Origin: Scyliorhinus canicula
Taxonomy: Eukaryota
Assembly: GCF_902713615.1 (NCBI RefSeq)
Contig: NC_052167.1
Span: 558,001 to 622,000, forward strand
Direction: 5' to 3'
Length of the DNA: 64,000 bases
Each line of letters begins with the position of its first letter. Positions within the stretch are counted from its first letter, which is position 1. Shown here in pieces: positions 52,819 through 64,000 of the stretch. The notes beneath the pieces are model-generated. The model was not told the DNA's origin. It saw only the letters and a program-made list of their open reading frames with translations, and searched no databases. The position numbers and the translations under genes are program-made.

Positions 52819-53459
52819 TTCTCCGGCAGCCTGCTGTTCCCCTTTAATTAAATATGGCCTTTGTTATACAGGCAGCCACTACTCCTGGTTGCCAGCACTA
52901 TTCACCCGCACTAAGCAACTACCTTTGAGCAGAGTTGATTGTTTGAGAAACCTCCTCCAGCTTGTTTCTGAAAGATACACATTTCAATATTTGTTCAGTA
53001 GATTCAAGAACCACCTGCCATAGGCAAACACGATCACTGAAGCATTGTTATGTATAGTTTCTGCTTACTAATTCTAGTCCTCCATCAGGATTACGGTACA
53101 GAGAGAGGCCACTGCAGGGTGGAACCCCTCTGCATCCCCTCTTCCTTCTCTATGCCTCTCTGGAACCAGAGTTGAAATAGAAGCAGAGTCATGCAGCATG
53201 GTATGAGATTCTCTGACCTATATGTGCTGGTTCTTTGAAAGAGCTCCCAAATCAGTTCAATGGCCCTCCCCACTTAGGTTTAGCTCCTTCAAGTATTTAT
53301 TCAATTGACTCTTTCAAAATTGCTGTTTTAACGTGCATCCGTCATCCTTACAGGTAGCACATTCCGGATCATAACGTTTCACTACGTTTTTAAAAAAAAA
53401 TCCCCTCATTCGCCACCTTCCACGCCCCTGGTTCTTTTCCCAATTGTCTTTCATTTGTT

Positions 53460-53929
53460 CCTCTGGTTCCCATCCCTCTGGTTCCCATCCCTCCGGTTCC
53501 CATCCCTCTGGTTCCCATCCCTCCGGTTCCCATCCCTCCGGTTCCCATCCCTCCGGTTCCCATCCCTCCGCTTCCCAGCCCTCTGGTTCCCAGCCCTCCG
53601 CTTCCCAGCCCTCCGCTTCCCAGCCCTCCGCTTCCCAGCCCTCCGCTTCCCAGCCCTCCGGTTCCCAGCCCTCCGCTTCCCAGCCCTCCGCTTCCCAGCC
53701 CTCCGGTTCCCAGCCCTCCGGTTCCCAGCCCTCTGGTTCCCAGCCCTCCGCTTCCCAGCCCTCCGCTTCCCATCCCTCCGGTTCCCATCCCTCCGGTTCC
53801 CAGCCCTCCGGTTCCCAGCCCTCCAGTTCCCAGCCCTCCGGTTCCCAGCCCTCCAGTTCCCTGCCCTCCGCTTCCCATCCCTCTGGTTCCCATCCCTCTG
53901 GTTCCCAGCCCTCCGCTTCCCAGCCCTCC
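53460..53929. repeat. Minisatellite, 15-bp unit, about 31 copies
   Basis: Unit ccctc(c/t)g(g/c)ttccca(g/t). Confidence 0.97.
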
Positions 53930-55230
53930 TGCCAGTTGAAGCAGTGTGTGCCTCCGCCATCAAAACCCCTCAAAATGCACAATGTGTATTCCTGTTGATT
54001 TGCAGCCACTTGTGTTTAGGACAGCTCATTCAAAGCTGCCCCTTTAACACAGAATCAAATCTGCCTCTCTCTGCCACCCGGTCACACTTATTACTAAATG
54101 GGTTTAATTAATATTTAACGACTCCTGTAAAGCTGCGGGGTGCTTAATCTGATTATTACTCATTGCTTGACAGTTTAATGATCTATTGCTTTAGTGCGCA
54201 TGTATCATTTAGTGGCAGTTTGAGCTTTTGCAGGTAATGGACAAGTTTAAAGGTTTGACAATATAATCCAAATTTGCCATGTATCCAATTCGAGACCTTT
54301 TCTTGACCCTGTGTCTCAAGCTTTTCTATTTCAATCGACTGCTTTCAGACATTAACTTATAGACTGATACAAGACAGAAGGAGGCCATTCAGTCCATCAT
54401 ATCTTAAGCTTTGATGCCTATCACCCCCATATATTTCCCTCTGATGTTAAAGAGGCTGACTGATTTTGGGACACAGTCCCATGTGTGCTGATCTCTCCCA
54501 AAGCTTGTCTTCATGTGCAAGTTCAGTTAGTGTGTCTTGCACAGGATAGGTGCATTGCAGTTGAAACCTAAGGCAGTTATTACTGAATCTGATTCACCAC
54601 CCTTTCAGGTCACCCACTCCATAAGGTGCTATATTCAGAAAAATGCTCCTTATTTCACCCCCCCCCCCCTCCACCCCCCCCCCCCCCCCCCCACCCCCCC
54701 AACCAGTTCTTGTTCAGTTAACTTAAATCTGTATCTTCTGAGCATCAACCCTCCTACCAATGGAAACTAATAATTATCTGATCTATCAGAGCCCCTTGTA
54801 ATTTTAGCTACTCCTATTTAATCTCAAGTCGGCCTTCTCAGCTCTTAAGTAGGCCAATTCTAACTTCTCTGGTCTCTTGCGTAGCTGAGGGCACTGCTCT
54901 CTCGTACCGTTTTCTGGCGAGTCTCCCCTGACACCTCAGGAAGGCTTTTTGACATCTTTCCTGAAGCAATATGCCTCGAATTGAAGTCATAATAGTCCGG
55001 TGAAACCTTCGACAGTGAGGTGTATCGAGCTCTCATGTATGTGTCTCATCCAGCCACATGGCTTTCAATTGTTTCATCCAAAATATAGCAACTGATGATT
55101 CCAAAAGAGTGGAGCTCTATTTCCCAGAGTTGATATTCCACCATTTTGGGAATCACAACCACCCTCTGCCGCTTGCAGGAGCTTGACCATTTCTGACATC
55201 TTTGTAAGTTGCTTCATTTCCTTGATGCCA

Positions 55231-55535
55231 GGGGGAGTCAGTGGCATTGTGGTATTATTGCCGGACTCGTAATCCAATGGCCCTGGCTAATGGTCCACAG
55301 ACACAAGTTCAAATCCCACCATGGCAGCTAGTGGAATTTAAATGCAATTAATAAATATGGACTATAAAAGTAACAGTGACCATGATAACTATCACCAATT
55401 GTCATTTAAAAAAACAAATCTGGTTCAGTAGTCCCCTTTAAGGAAGGAAATCTGCCCTCCATACTTGGTCTGGCTGACACGTGTCACCAGACTTACAGCA
55501 ATGAGGGTGACTCATCACTGTCTCCTGGAAAGGCC
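55231..55535 (+). mobile_element. Family B SINE, followed by a Rex1-type SINE tail fragment (55538-55602, minus strand)
   Basis: Typical head and body, then aatgaaatgaaatgaaacttgcttattgtcac. Confidence 0.68.
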
Positions 55536-55701
55536 CAATGAAATGAAATGAAACTTGCTTATTGTCACCAGTAGGCTTCAAATGAAGTTACTGTGAAAAG
55601 TTACTGCAATAAGCACTTAGTTCAATTGTAATTGTTTTGTATTGTAGTGTATATGTTCGGGGAGTGATGGGGGGGAAAGTTGGGGGTAATGATTAAGGCA
55701 G

Positions 55702-55947
55702 TGATGCACTATCAATTATGATGAGACGAGAGTAGAGTTTGATCAAGGCTTTATTACGCAGAGATATGTAGCCTCCCGCAGCTGCTGCCGAAATGGCTGC
55801 AGCTTGGAGTTCCCACACATTTATACTCCGCCTACTGGGCGGAGCCAGCAGGCAGGGATCTACCCCCGTACCTGTACTACAGGGCCTTACCGTAATACAT
55901 CTCATATGCGGTAAATACAATACAATACAACAGTGGTGACTACCACA
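55702..55947 (-). mobile_element. 3' LTR (246 bp) of a Gypsy-type retrotransposon
   Basis: The minus strand starts TGTGGTAG and ends GCATCA, and contains TATAAA and AATAAA. A polypurine tract cagggggtgaa lies immediately 5' of it. Confidence 0.8.
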
Positions 55948-56065
55948 TTCACCCCCTGTTTTAAACAAAAAGAGTCCGGCAGGGTTGGTGGAATGCTATT
56001 TACATGTAGGTGTTTAAAATTTTAGGAACAGTTCATAAATTCAGATGATTGGGCGCCTTGATCCG

Positions 56066-56925
56066 TCATTGCGAGTGCCACAGTCTCGATGGTGATTCAG
56101 GCGTCTGTTCGGTCGTCGGTGACTCCGGGAGCGTGTCGACCTCATCTTCGTCATCGGGTGGGACCAAGGGGAGGACGGATCGTCCTGGAGCGGGGCTGTG
56201 GTGGGGTGTGCTGGGGGGAGGGAGGGTGGTGCCGGGGCAGAGAGGGGGTATGTGGGGACCCAGGGACCCAGCTGGTGCCAGGTCCCTGAGGGAGACCGTG
56301 TCTTGTCGGTCGTCGGGGTACGCCATATAGGCGTACTGCGGGCTCCCGTGAAGAAGCTGTACCCTCTCAACCAATGGGTCCGCCTTGTGGAGCTGCACGT
56401 TCATGCGGAGGAGAATGGGTCCTGGAGCTGCCAGCCATGTTGGGAGCGAAACCCCGGAGGTGGACTTCCTGGGGAAGGCAAAGAGACGTTCGTGGGGAGT
56501 TTCGTTAGTCGCCGTGCAAAGGAGCGACCGAATGGAGTAGAGGGCGTTGGGCAGGACCTCCTGCCAGTGGGAGGCCGGGAGATTTCTGAACCGTAGGGCC
56601 AGCTGGACGGCCTTCCAGACCGTCCCATTCTCCCGCTCCACCTGCCCGTTTCCCCGGGGGTTGTAGCTGGTCGTCCTGCTCGAGGCAATGCCCCTGTTGA
56701 GCAGGTACTGGCGCAGCTCATCGTTCATGAATGAGGATCCCCGGTCGCTGTGGACGTAGGTAAGGAAATCGAACAGAGCGAAGATGGTGTTGAGGGCTTT
56801 GATGACGGTGGCAGATATCTTGTCAGGGCATGGGACGGCGAAGGGGAATAAGGAATACTCGACCACATTAAAAAATTACGTGTTTCGATTGGTGGAGGGG
56901 AGGGACCCTTTGAAATCCACGCTGA
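56066..56925 (-). mobile_element. Gypsy-type integrase (DDE) remnant
   Basis: Motifs LSVDFKG (frameshifted), VHSDRGSSF and YNPRGNGQVEREN in the 266-aa ORF 56066..56866. A TGA precedes the terminal RIKAPNHLNL*. Confidence 0.88.
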
Positions 56926-57079
56926 GACTGTGGGAGGAAACCGGAGTACCCGGAGGAAACCCACGCGCACACGGGGAGGATGTGCAGACTCTGCACAGAC
57001 AGTGACCCAAGCAGGAATCGAACCTGGGACCCTGGAGCTGTGAAGCGATTGTGCTATCCACAATGCTACCGTGCTGCCC
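56926..57079 (-). mobile_element. 3'-truncated HE1-type SINE
   Basis: Head and V-domain up to cccacagtc, fused to integrase sequence. Confidence 0.82.
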
Positions 57080-57084
57080 TGGTA

Positions 57085-57440
57085 ACTCGGGGTTCCCTGC
57101 CTGAGATGTTGATGCAAGCATCAATTTCACTTCTATTAAAAAAAACTATAAGGACCCATAACACATCTTTAGCTTCTTCCTGCTGGCCAGGAGCCCTATT
57201 TCTCTACTTAATGTGGACACCAAGATATTAGTCACGGTGTTAGCGCTGAGTTTGGAACGGCATCTTCCGTAAGTTATTGGTGAAGATCAGAAAGGTTTTG
57301 TCAAAGGCCGTCAATTCTCATCTAACATGCGACGATTGCTAAATCAGGTGCTTTCCCCATCTTGAGGGGCCTGTTCCAAAGGTAATTGTCGCGTTAGATG
57401 CTGAGAAGGCATTGAATAGGGTAGAATGGGGGTATATTAC
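57085..57440 (+). mobile_element. L1-clade RT fragment
   Basis: QASISLLLKK, PISLLNVDTKIL, DQKGFVKGR and ALDAEKA. Confidence 0.78.
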
Positions 57441-57483
57441 ATCAAACAGATGTGTTGTAATGTTGCAATTTTTCAGCGTGTAA

Positions 57484-57615
<132 letters not shown>

Positions 57616-58021
57616 TGAAAAAGTTAACCATTTGAACTGTAACCCAGCGAGTTCAAAGTAACCGGTGTCTTCAAACATGAACCACTGTCACCAGTAACGC
57701 CCATGTCATTCTCATGTTTTGAATGCTGCAGTGGGAGAATGGGGTGATTTACATTCCAGTTGAGGCAAATCTGAAACCCTATTGGAAGCCCTGTATTGAG
57801 TTCGCCTCCATATTGGACTGAAGCATGGTCAGTGATTTGATTTGCATTCACACACTTGCTTCCTCCCATTGAATGAGCTCTGTCAGCTCCTGGCATGTCC
57901 ACTAGAGAGCGCTATGAATATGGTGCAGCTGGCTCTGTGCTGGTCAATAGTGTGAAAGGTGGACAGGGATGTGAAGGATATGAGATGGAGCAGCTAAATG
58001 TAACCTGAGAATTCCGTCTGA

Positions 58022-58772
<751 letters not shown>

Positions 58773-58920
58773 TTGTAAAACATTGAACACCATCTTATGA
58801 AATTGGTGTTTTTCAATCTGATTGAACCATAAGTTGTTTTTCTGACTTTTGGATGAGTCCTTGCTCCAATGGTTTGGAAAAGGTGGGGAAGTTGGTCACG
58901 TCTCCACACTTGCTGTCATA

Positions 58921-59147
58921 ATTTTTTTTTAAAATTTAGAATACCCAATTCATTTTTCCCAATTAAGGGGCAATCTAGCATGGCCAATCCATCTACCCTG
59001 CACATCTTTGGGTTGTGGGGGCGAAACCCACGCAAACACGGGGAGAATGTGCAAACTCCACACGGACAGTGACCCAGAGCCGGGATCGAACCTGGGACCT
59101 CGGCGCCATGAGGCAGCAGTGCTAACCACTGCGCCACCGTGTTGCCC
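58921..59147 (-). mobile_element. Short V-SINE
   Basis: TSD acttgct(g/a)tcataa. Confidence 0.88.
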
Positions 59148-61690
59148 TACTTGCTATCATAAATAAAGTCTACAAGTTTCTAACAAAACATATCTTAAAT
59201 GTGCAGCTTTATAAATTATACGACGGGCAATCATGAGGCTTACTATAATTCTCAGCTGTCAAATTGTTCTAAAGTTGTCCAGTCCGTCTCATCAGTGCAG
59301 GCCGTTGTGTGTGGGTGGGATCAAAGTAAAATTTCTGACCGAATGTTTGCTCGTGTTTTGAAATAATTTGCCAGATCAGTGTTACGCTCATTATAATGAG
59401 CGGCATTAATGCTTAGAGATCATTAGATCTTACGGCTCAGATGGAAACCATTCAGCCCATTGGAATCTGTGCTGCCTCACTGAATGAGATGTCTAATTAG
59501 TTCCACTTCTTTTAGTCCTGTAAGTTTTATTTTTCCCTTTCTGTGTAACCATCCAATTTCCTTTTGAACGTGACTAGAATCTGCAGCACAATCAGGACCA
59601 TGTAAAAGCAATTCTCACCTTCCCTTTGGTTCTGTCAATTATCTTCGAGAGGTGCCCCAATTGCTAACCCTCCTAAAAACAGCTATTGAATCTACCAAAA
59701 TCCCTTTTGTGCACACTTGCATCAAATCACTCCCTATTTATTTCAGCTTTAAAGGCAAATCCACCTTCTCCAGTGTGTCCACTGTAGCCGAGCCCTCAAT
59801 CCCTGTACTCTTTTGATCGAAGGACTTCACATCTTTCCTATAGTGTGGTTCCAGAATTGAATACAATACTCCAGTTGAGTTCTTAACATTGCTTCTGTAT
59901 TCTCTGCCTCTGTGTAGAAAGCCCAGGATCAAATATGCTTTACTTGACAGCTTAATTGATCTGTCACTATCATTGTCACAATAGGCCACACCGTGTCCGT
60001 CAGGTTAGCTGTAGATTGGTTACATGCAGGGTAAAGATCATTGTCTACCCTACACTTAACAATATTCCTCAGAAAAATGTCAGCCTACTTGGAGCGAAAT
60101 TCCTCCATTTGCCGGATGACCCATCTTGTGGCTTTTCTGAGCGAGTCTGCCAAGCCAGGAGCAACTTGCGTCATTAAGCTACCAGAACACGGGCATTCAT
60201 TTCACACGTGACTCTCTCAACCGTTTCACAGAGGAGTTGACTCAATTTTATTTCAATACATGTTTCAATTTCCCTATAATAGAGTCCATTTTGCCATTGG
60301 CAAGTTACTTAAAAGAAAATTGCGCAGCTTGCGGGATTTTAGATTTTCGCTTCTGCAATGAAGAACTGGAAAAATGTCATTATCCATCAGCACAATGATT
60401 CATCTGACTTTGCCAATGCCACGGATAATCATTATTGCACCGTAACGGTTAGGCTGTGGCAAAAAAAAACAATGTATTCCCCTTAAATGCAGTAAAACAC
60501 ACTTCTAAAATTACCTGCCATTGTATTCATCTGATGGATAATAATTGTGTATTAATGTTTTGATAGTGAATTAGAATGACAAAAATGAAAATGTAAGCAT
60601 TTGGTGTAATATGATATGTATAAATCATTCTGATTCCCAAATGGTTAGATTGCCATTCAATTAATTTTAACACTTTTTTTTTAACAAGAGGACTAGACCA
60701 TTAGAGTGAACAGGAACATTCAATTTAATGAATGTCAACTCCACAAATCTGATCAACCCACTCTCTCTAGAGCCATCACTAGATGCCTTTTGAACCTACT
60801 TGTACTCTCTGCTTCATTGATGATGCAGGGGTAACCTCTCCCACCATTCAACTGCCATCAGCAAAGATCCCGCTGGCGGCTCTTCTCACTCGGAATATTG
60901 TCATTGTTAACTGGATTTAAACACTTCAATATTGTTGACCATTTGCCTCTCCCTTTAGAGTCTTAAGACCTTCTGTCATGTCATTCCCGAAGATTCCTCT
61001 TTCCCAAAGTTAACAACCCAATCTTTTACCAGCTCTCTTTCATGACACATTTCCCATACCCAGAACCATCTTAGAGCGATAACCTTTTTTGAGATTAGGT
61101 GCACACACAGCTCCGGATTGAGTGCGGCAAAGACCCAATATCTCCACAAAGCAACCTCTTGTGATTTGCAATCTCTCTCAATTTTCTTACTTAATTAGCA
61201 CCTTAATTACCATTTGTCTTCGCTGCACTCAAATGCAATGCTGCACTCTTGTCTTACTGGCCTTGCATGCATTCCAGTTACTCATTTGCAGGTGATGAAA
61301 ACAATTATTGGGTGTAATGAAAGGGGGCAGAGTTATTTTTAAGAAGAAGAGCAACCTAAAACTGTTGATCCTGTAATCTAAGAGCAGCACAACATTCCCA
61401 GAGGATTTTGATCCCATTGCCAGAGAATGTCCAGTTAACTAAGTCAGGTGTTAGTGTAGCCGTACTGTGCTTTTGTCTCTCACATGGCTGGCTCTTCAGT
61501 GTCACATTGATGGATAATGTCCTTCAGTGAGCAGTTTGGCACTATTGCCTGTTGTTCCCAATGTTATTGCCAATTTGAACTCAATAGCAACATCATCTTC
61601 TCCTAGAATGCTGAGAGCAACCAGTGCCGAAATCTAAAAAATTCAGGAGAGAGAAATACGATGGTTTCTTGCCATTGAATGTGAAACTGA

Positions 61691-61723
<33 letters not shown>

Positions 61724-62654
61724 CCCTCGAGAAAAGTCAAGCTGGACAGAGACTTGAGAGACAGAGTGAAGTGACGGAAATGATATCCCCACATTGTAAA
61801 TTCTGACAGAAAACTTAAAAAAGAAATCCAAAAGAATATAAATCTAGAAATGACTATAGGTGAGATTAGATAATGATATTTAGCACACTTGTGTGACCTC
61901 CTTTTTTCTCCTAATGTAATGCAGGCAATAACCTATTTTAAAAGAAATGGGTTAACATCTGTTTAAAATATCAAACAGAGCAATGTCGTATGAATGCATT
62001 CGGTGTCACTGGCAGCAGTACTTTCCAACTTTTTCTTTTGAGCAGTTATTGCTCACATACCAACAACCCTTGTTAGAAAAAGGTGAAGAAATATCTACAC
62101 TGGGGAAAGACTCATGAATTTGCCTTTCAATTAGTTTTTCAACCAATGCAAAATGTTTCCCTCACATGAACATTTTGTGATATACTCGCACAAAGGACTG
62201 TGTCTCCATTTGCCCACTTAGACTTTGAACTATTTCGACCTAAATGGACATCAGTTTCACATGGATTACAAATAAGTACATTCATTAATTGTTGTCCTTT
62301 TTCCCCTGTGTCCATTCCCATTTGGATCTCAGAAGAGTTCCAGGTGAAAATCATCCCAAGCACCTCTGCAAGTGGGGCATGATGAGCGGTCAACAGACCT
62401 CACTGCCTCAGTGAATACAATATAATCACATCATTTGAACTATCTGGAGGAAGGAGGAAGTAGAAGGAAAGATGGCGGTTAACGTCTGAAAAAAGGAAAC
62501 TTAAATTGACCCAGATATCTCCCAAGTTGCTGGAGTCAATCTTGAGCTTTGTCACTTAAATTTTATTTTTATTTTTCTCTCCCCCCCCCCCCCCCCCCCC
62601 CCCCAAGTCGAGTGTGGTGCACGTGTGTCACCCCGTGCGCACCAGATCGAGTGT

Positions 62655-63320
62655 GCAGCACGGTAGCATTGTGGTTAGCACAATTGCTTCACATCTCCAG
62701 GGTCCCACGTTCCATTCCCGGCTTGGGTCACTGTCTGTGAGGAGTCTGCACGTTCTCCCCGTGTCTGCGTGGGTTTCCTCCGGGTGCTCCGGTTTCCTCC
62801 CACAGTCCAAAGATGTGCAGGTTAGGTGGATTGGCCATGATAAATTGCCCTTTGGGTCCAAAATTGCCCTTCGTGTTGGTTGGGGTTACTGGGTTATGGG
62901 GATAGGGTGGAGGTGTTGACCTCGGGTAGGGTGCTCTTTCCAAGAGCCGGTGCAGACTCGATGGGCCGAATGGCCTCCTTCTTCACTGTAAATTCTATGA
63001 AAGAGGGGGTGGCCCGGTGGACAGTGGTTAGCACCGCTGCCTCACAGCTCTAGGGACCCGGGTTCATTTCTGGCCTTGGGTGACTGTGTAGAGTTTGCAC
63101 TTCCTCCCCGTGTCTGCGTGGGTTTCCTCTCTCAGTCTAAAGATGTGCAGGTTGAGTGGATTGGCCGTGCTAAATTGCCCTTAGTGTTCAAAAGGTTAGG
63201 CGTGATTACTGGGTAACCGGGATAGGGTGGAAGCGTGAGCTTAAGTAGGGTGCTCTTTCCAAGGGCCGGTGCAGACTTGATGGGCCGAATGGCCTCCTTC
63301 TGCACTGTAAATTCTACGAT
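62655..63320 (+). mobile_element. Two tandem HE1-type SINEs (62655-63000 and 63005-63320)
   Basis: Two head-V-tail units back to back. Confidence 0.85.
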
Positions 63321-64000
63321 TATTCCCCTCAAACCTTTGCTATCACGCTTCCCTTTACACTTCACCCAGGAGAAACTTGCTGTCTCATCCGGCAGTATGG
63401 CCAACACATTCATCAGAACTCTTGATGGAGAAATCACAAATGAGACAATCCAAGTCTTGTTTCTCAAGCATGTTATTACAGAGTCAAATCACCTGCCTCT
63501 TGTCTGTGGATTTTCCTTGGTTCCAATTTCTCTTAAGATAAAAAGTTTTTTTTTCTGTATATTGATGTCAACATGCTGGAATTAATGGTCCAGGAATGCT
63601 GCATTTTTACATCCTTTCACCCACTGACCGTATCAAACATCTTAAAACCACAATATACTCCCAACTCAGTTGCACACTCTAGGCTAGGCTCTTGTCACTT
63701 CCTTTTGCCACACAAGGCTTATTTCTTCTTTTCTCAACTAACGCTACAGTCTAGGTAGTTTTATGTGACTGATGGGGGAGCGGTTGACTTATGTTCAGCG
63801 GGTTGGTCGTGTTTAATAAGTTGTGAGTGAAGGAAAATGGGGAGAATGGTCCACGACAACAAAAAGAAAATGTGGACCCATTTCTCTCATTCCGTCTGCC
63901 AGTCAAGTGGTTATACCCATACCAGGAGGACATGATCTAGTCCCATAAAGATTTCCCCTCTAATTCTAGAGTAAAGGCAGCTCCATCCAGATGACTTGGA

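Noticed and set aside
53314-54111. Pentapeptide-repeat ORFs (WEPEG, SGSQP, GLGSG)
   Set aside because: The 15-bp minisatellite is open in multiple frames on both strands, so these are artefacts.
56066-56866. Domesticated integrase gene
   Set aside because: It is still attached to a PPT and LTR, is frameshifted at the N-terminal catalytic region and has a premature stop near the end. It is an ordinary remnant.

Overview
This is eukaryotic (vertebrate) genomic DNA, almost certainly from a shark, since HE1-type V-SINEs and HER1/CR1 LINEs dominate. Catshark is only a guess. The whole window lies inside one + strand gene, CaMKII gamma (CAMK2G). Five kinase-domain exons are present: 19717-19782, 39654-39726, 41990-42092, 57527-57610 and 58065-58159. 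All have AG/GT boundaries and they splice in frame. The introns (19.9, 2.3, 15.4 and 0.45 kb) hold several SINE families, CR1, L1/Tx1, Rex1 and Penelope remnants, a Gypsy integrase with LTR, MITEs, two minisatellites and long poly-G/C tracts. Nearly all of the listed ORFs are TE fragments or repeat artefacts. The most striking structure is a very young Penelope-like insertion at 35647-36372. It is a 329-bp inverted repeat in which I found no mismatch, with a 14-bp TSD and a 34-nt one-sided tail, and each arm carries a minimal hammerhead ribozyme motif. A second hammerhead-only mini-insertion is also present. SINE heads and tails appear to be swapped between different LINE partners. Family names come from recognising sequence by eye, not from database searches, and TE boundaries are approximate.
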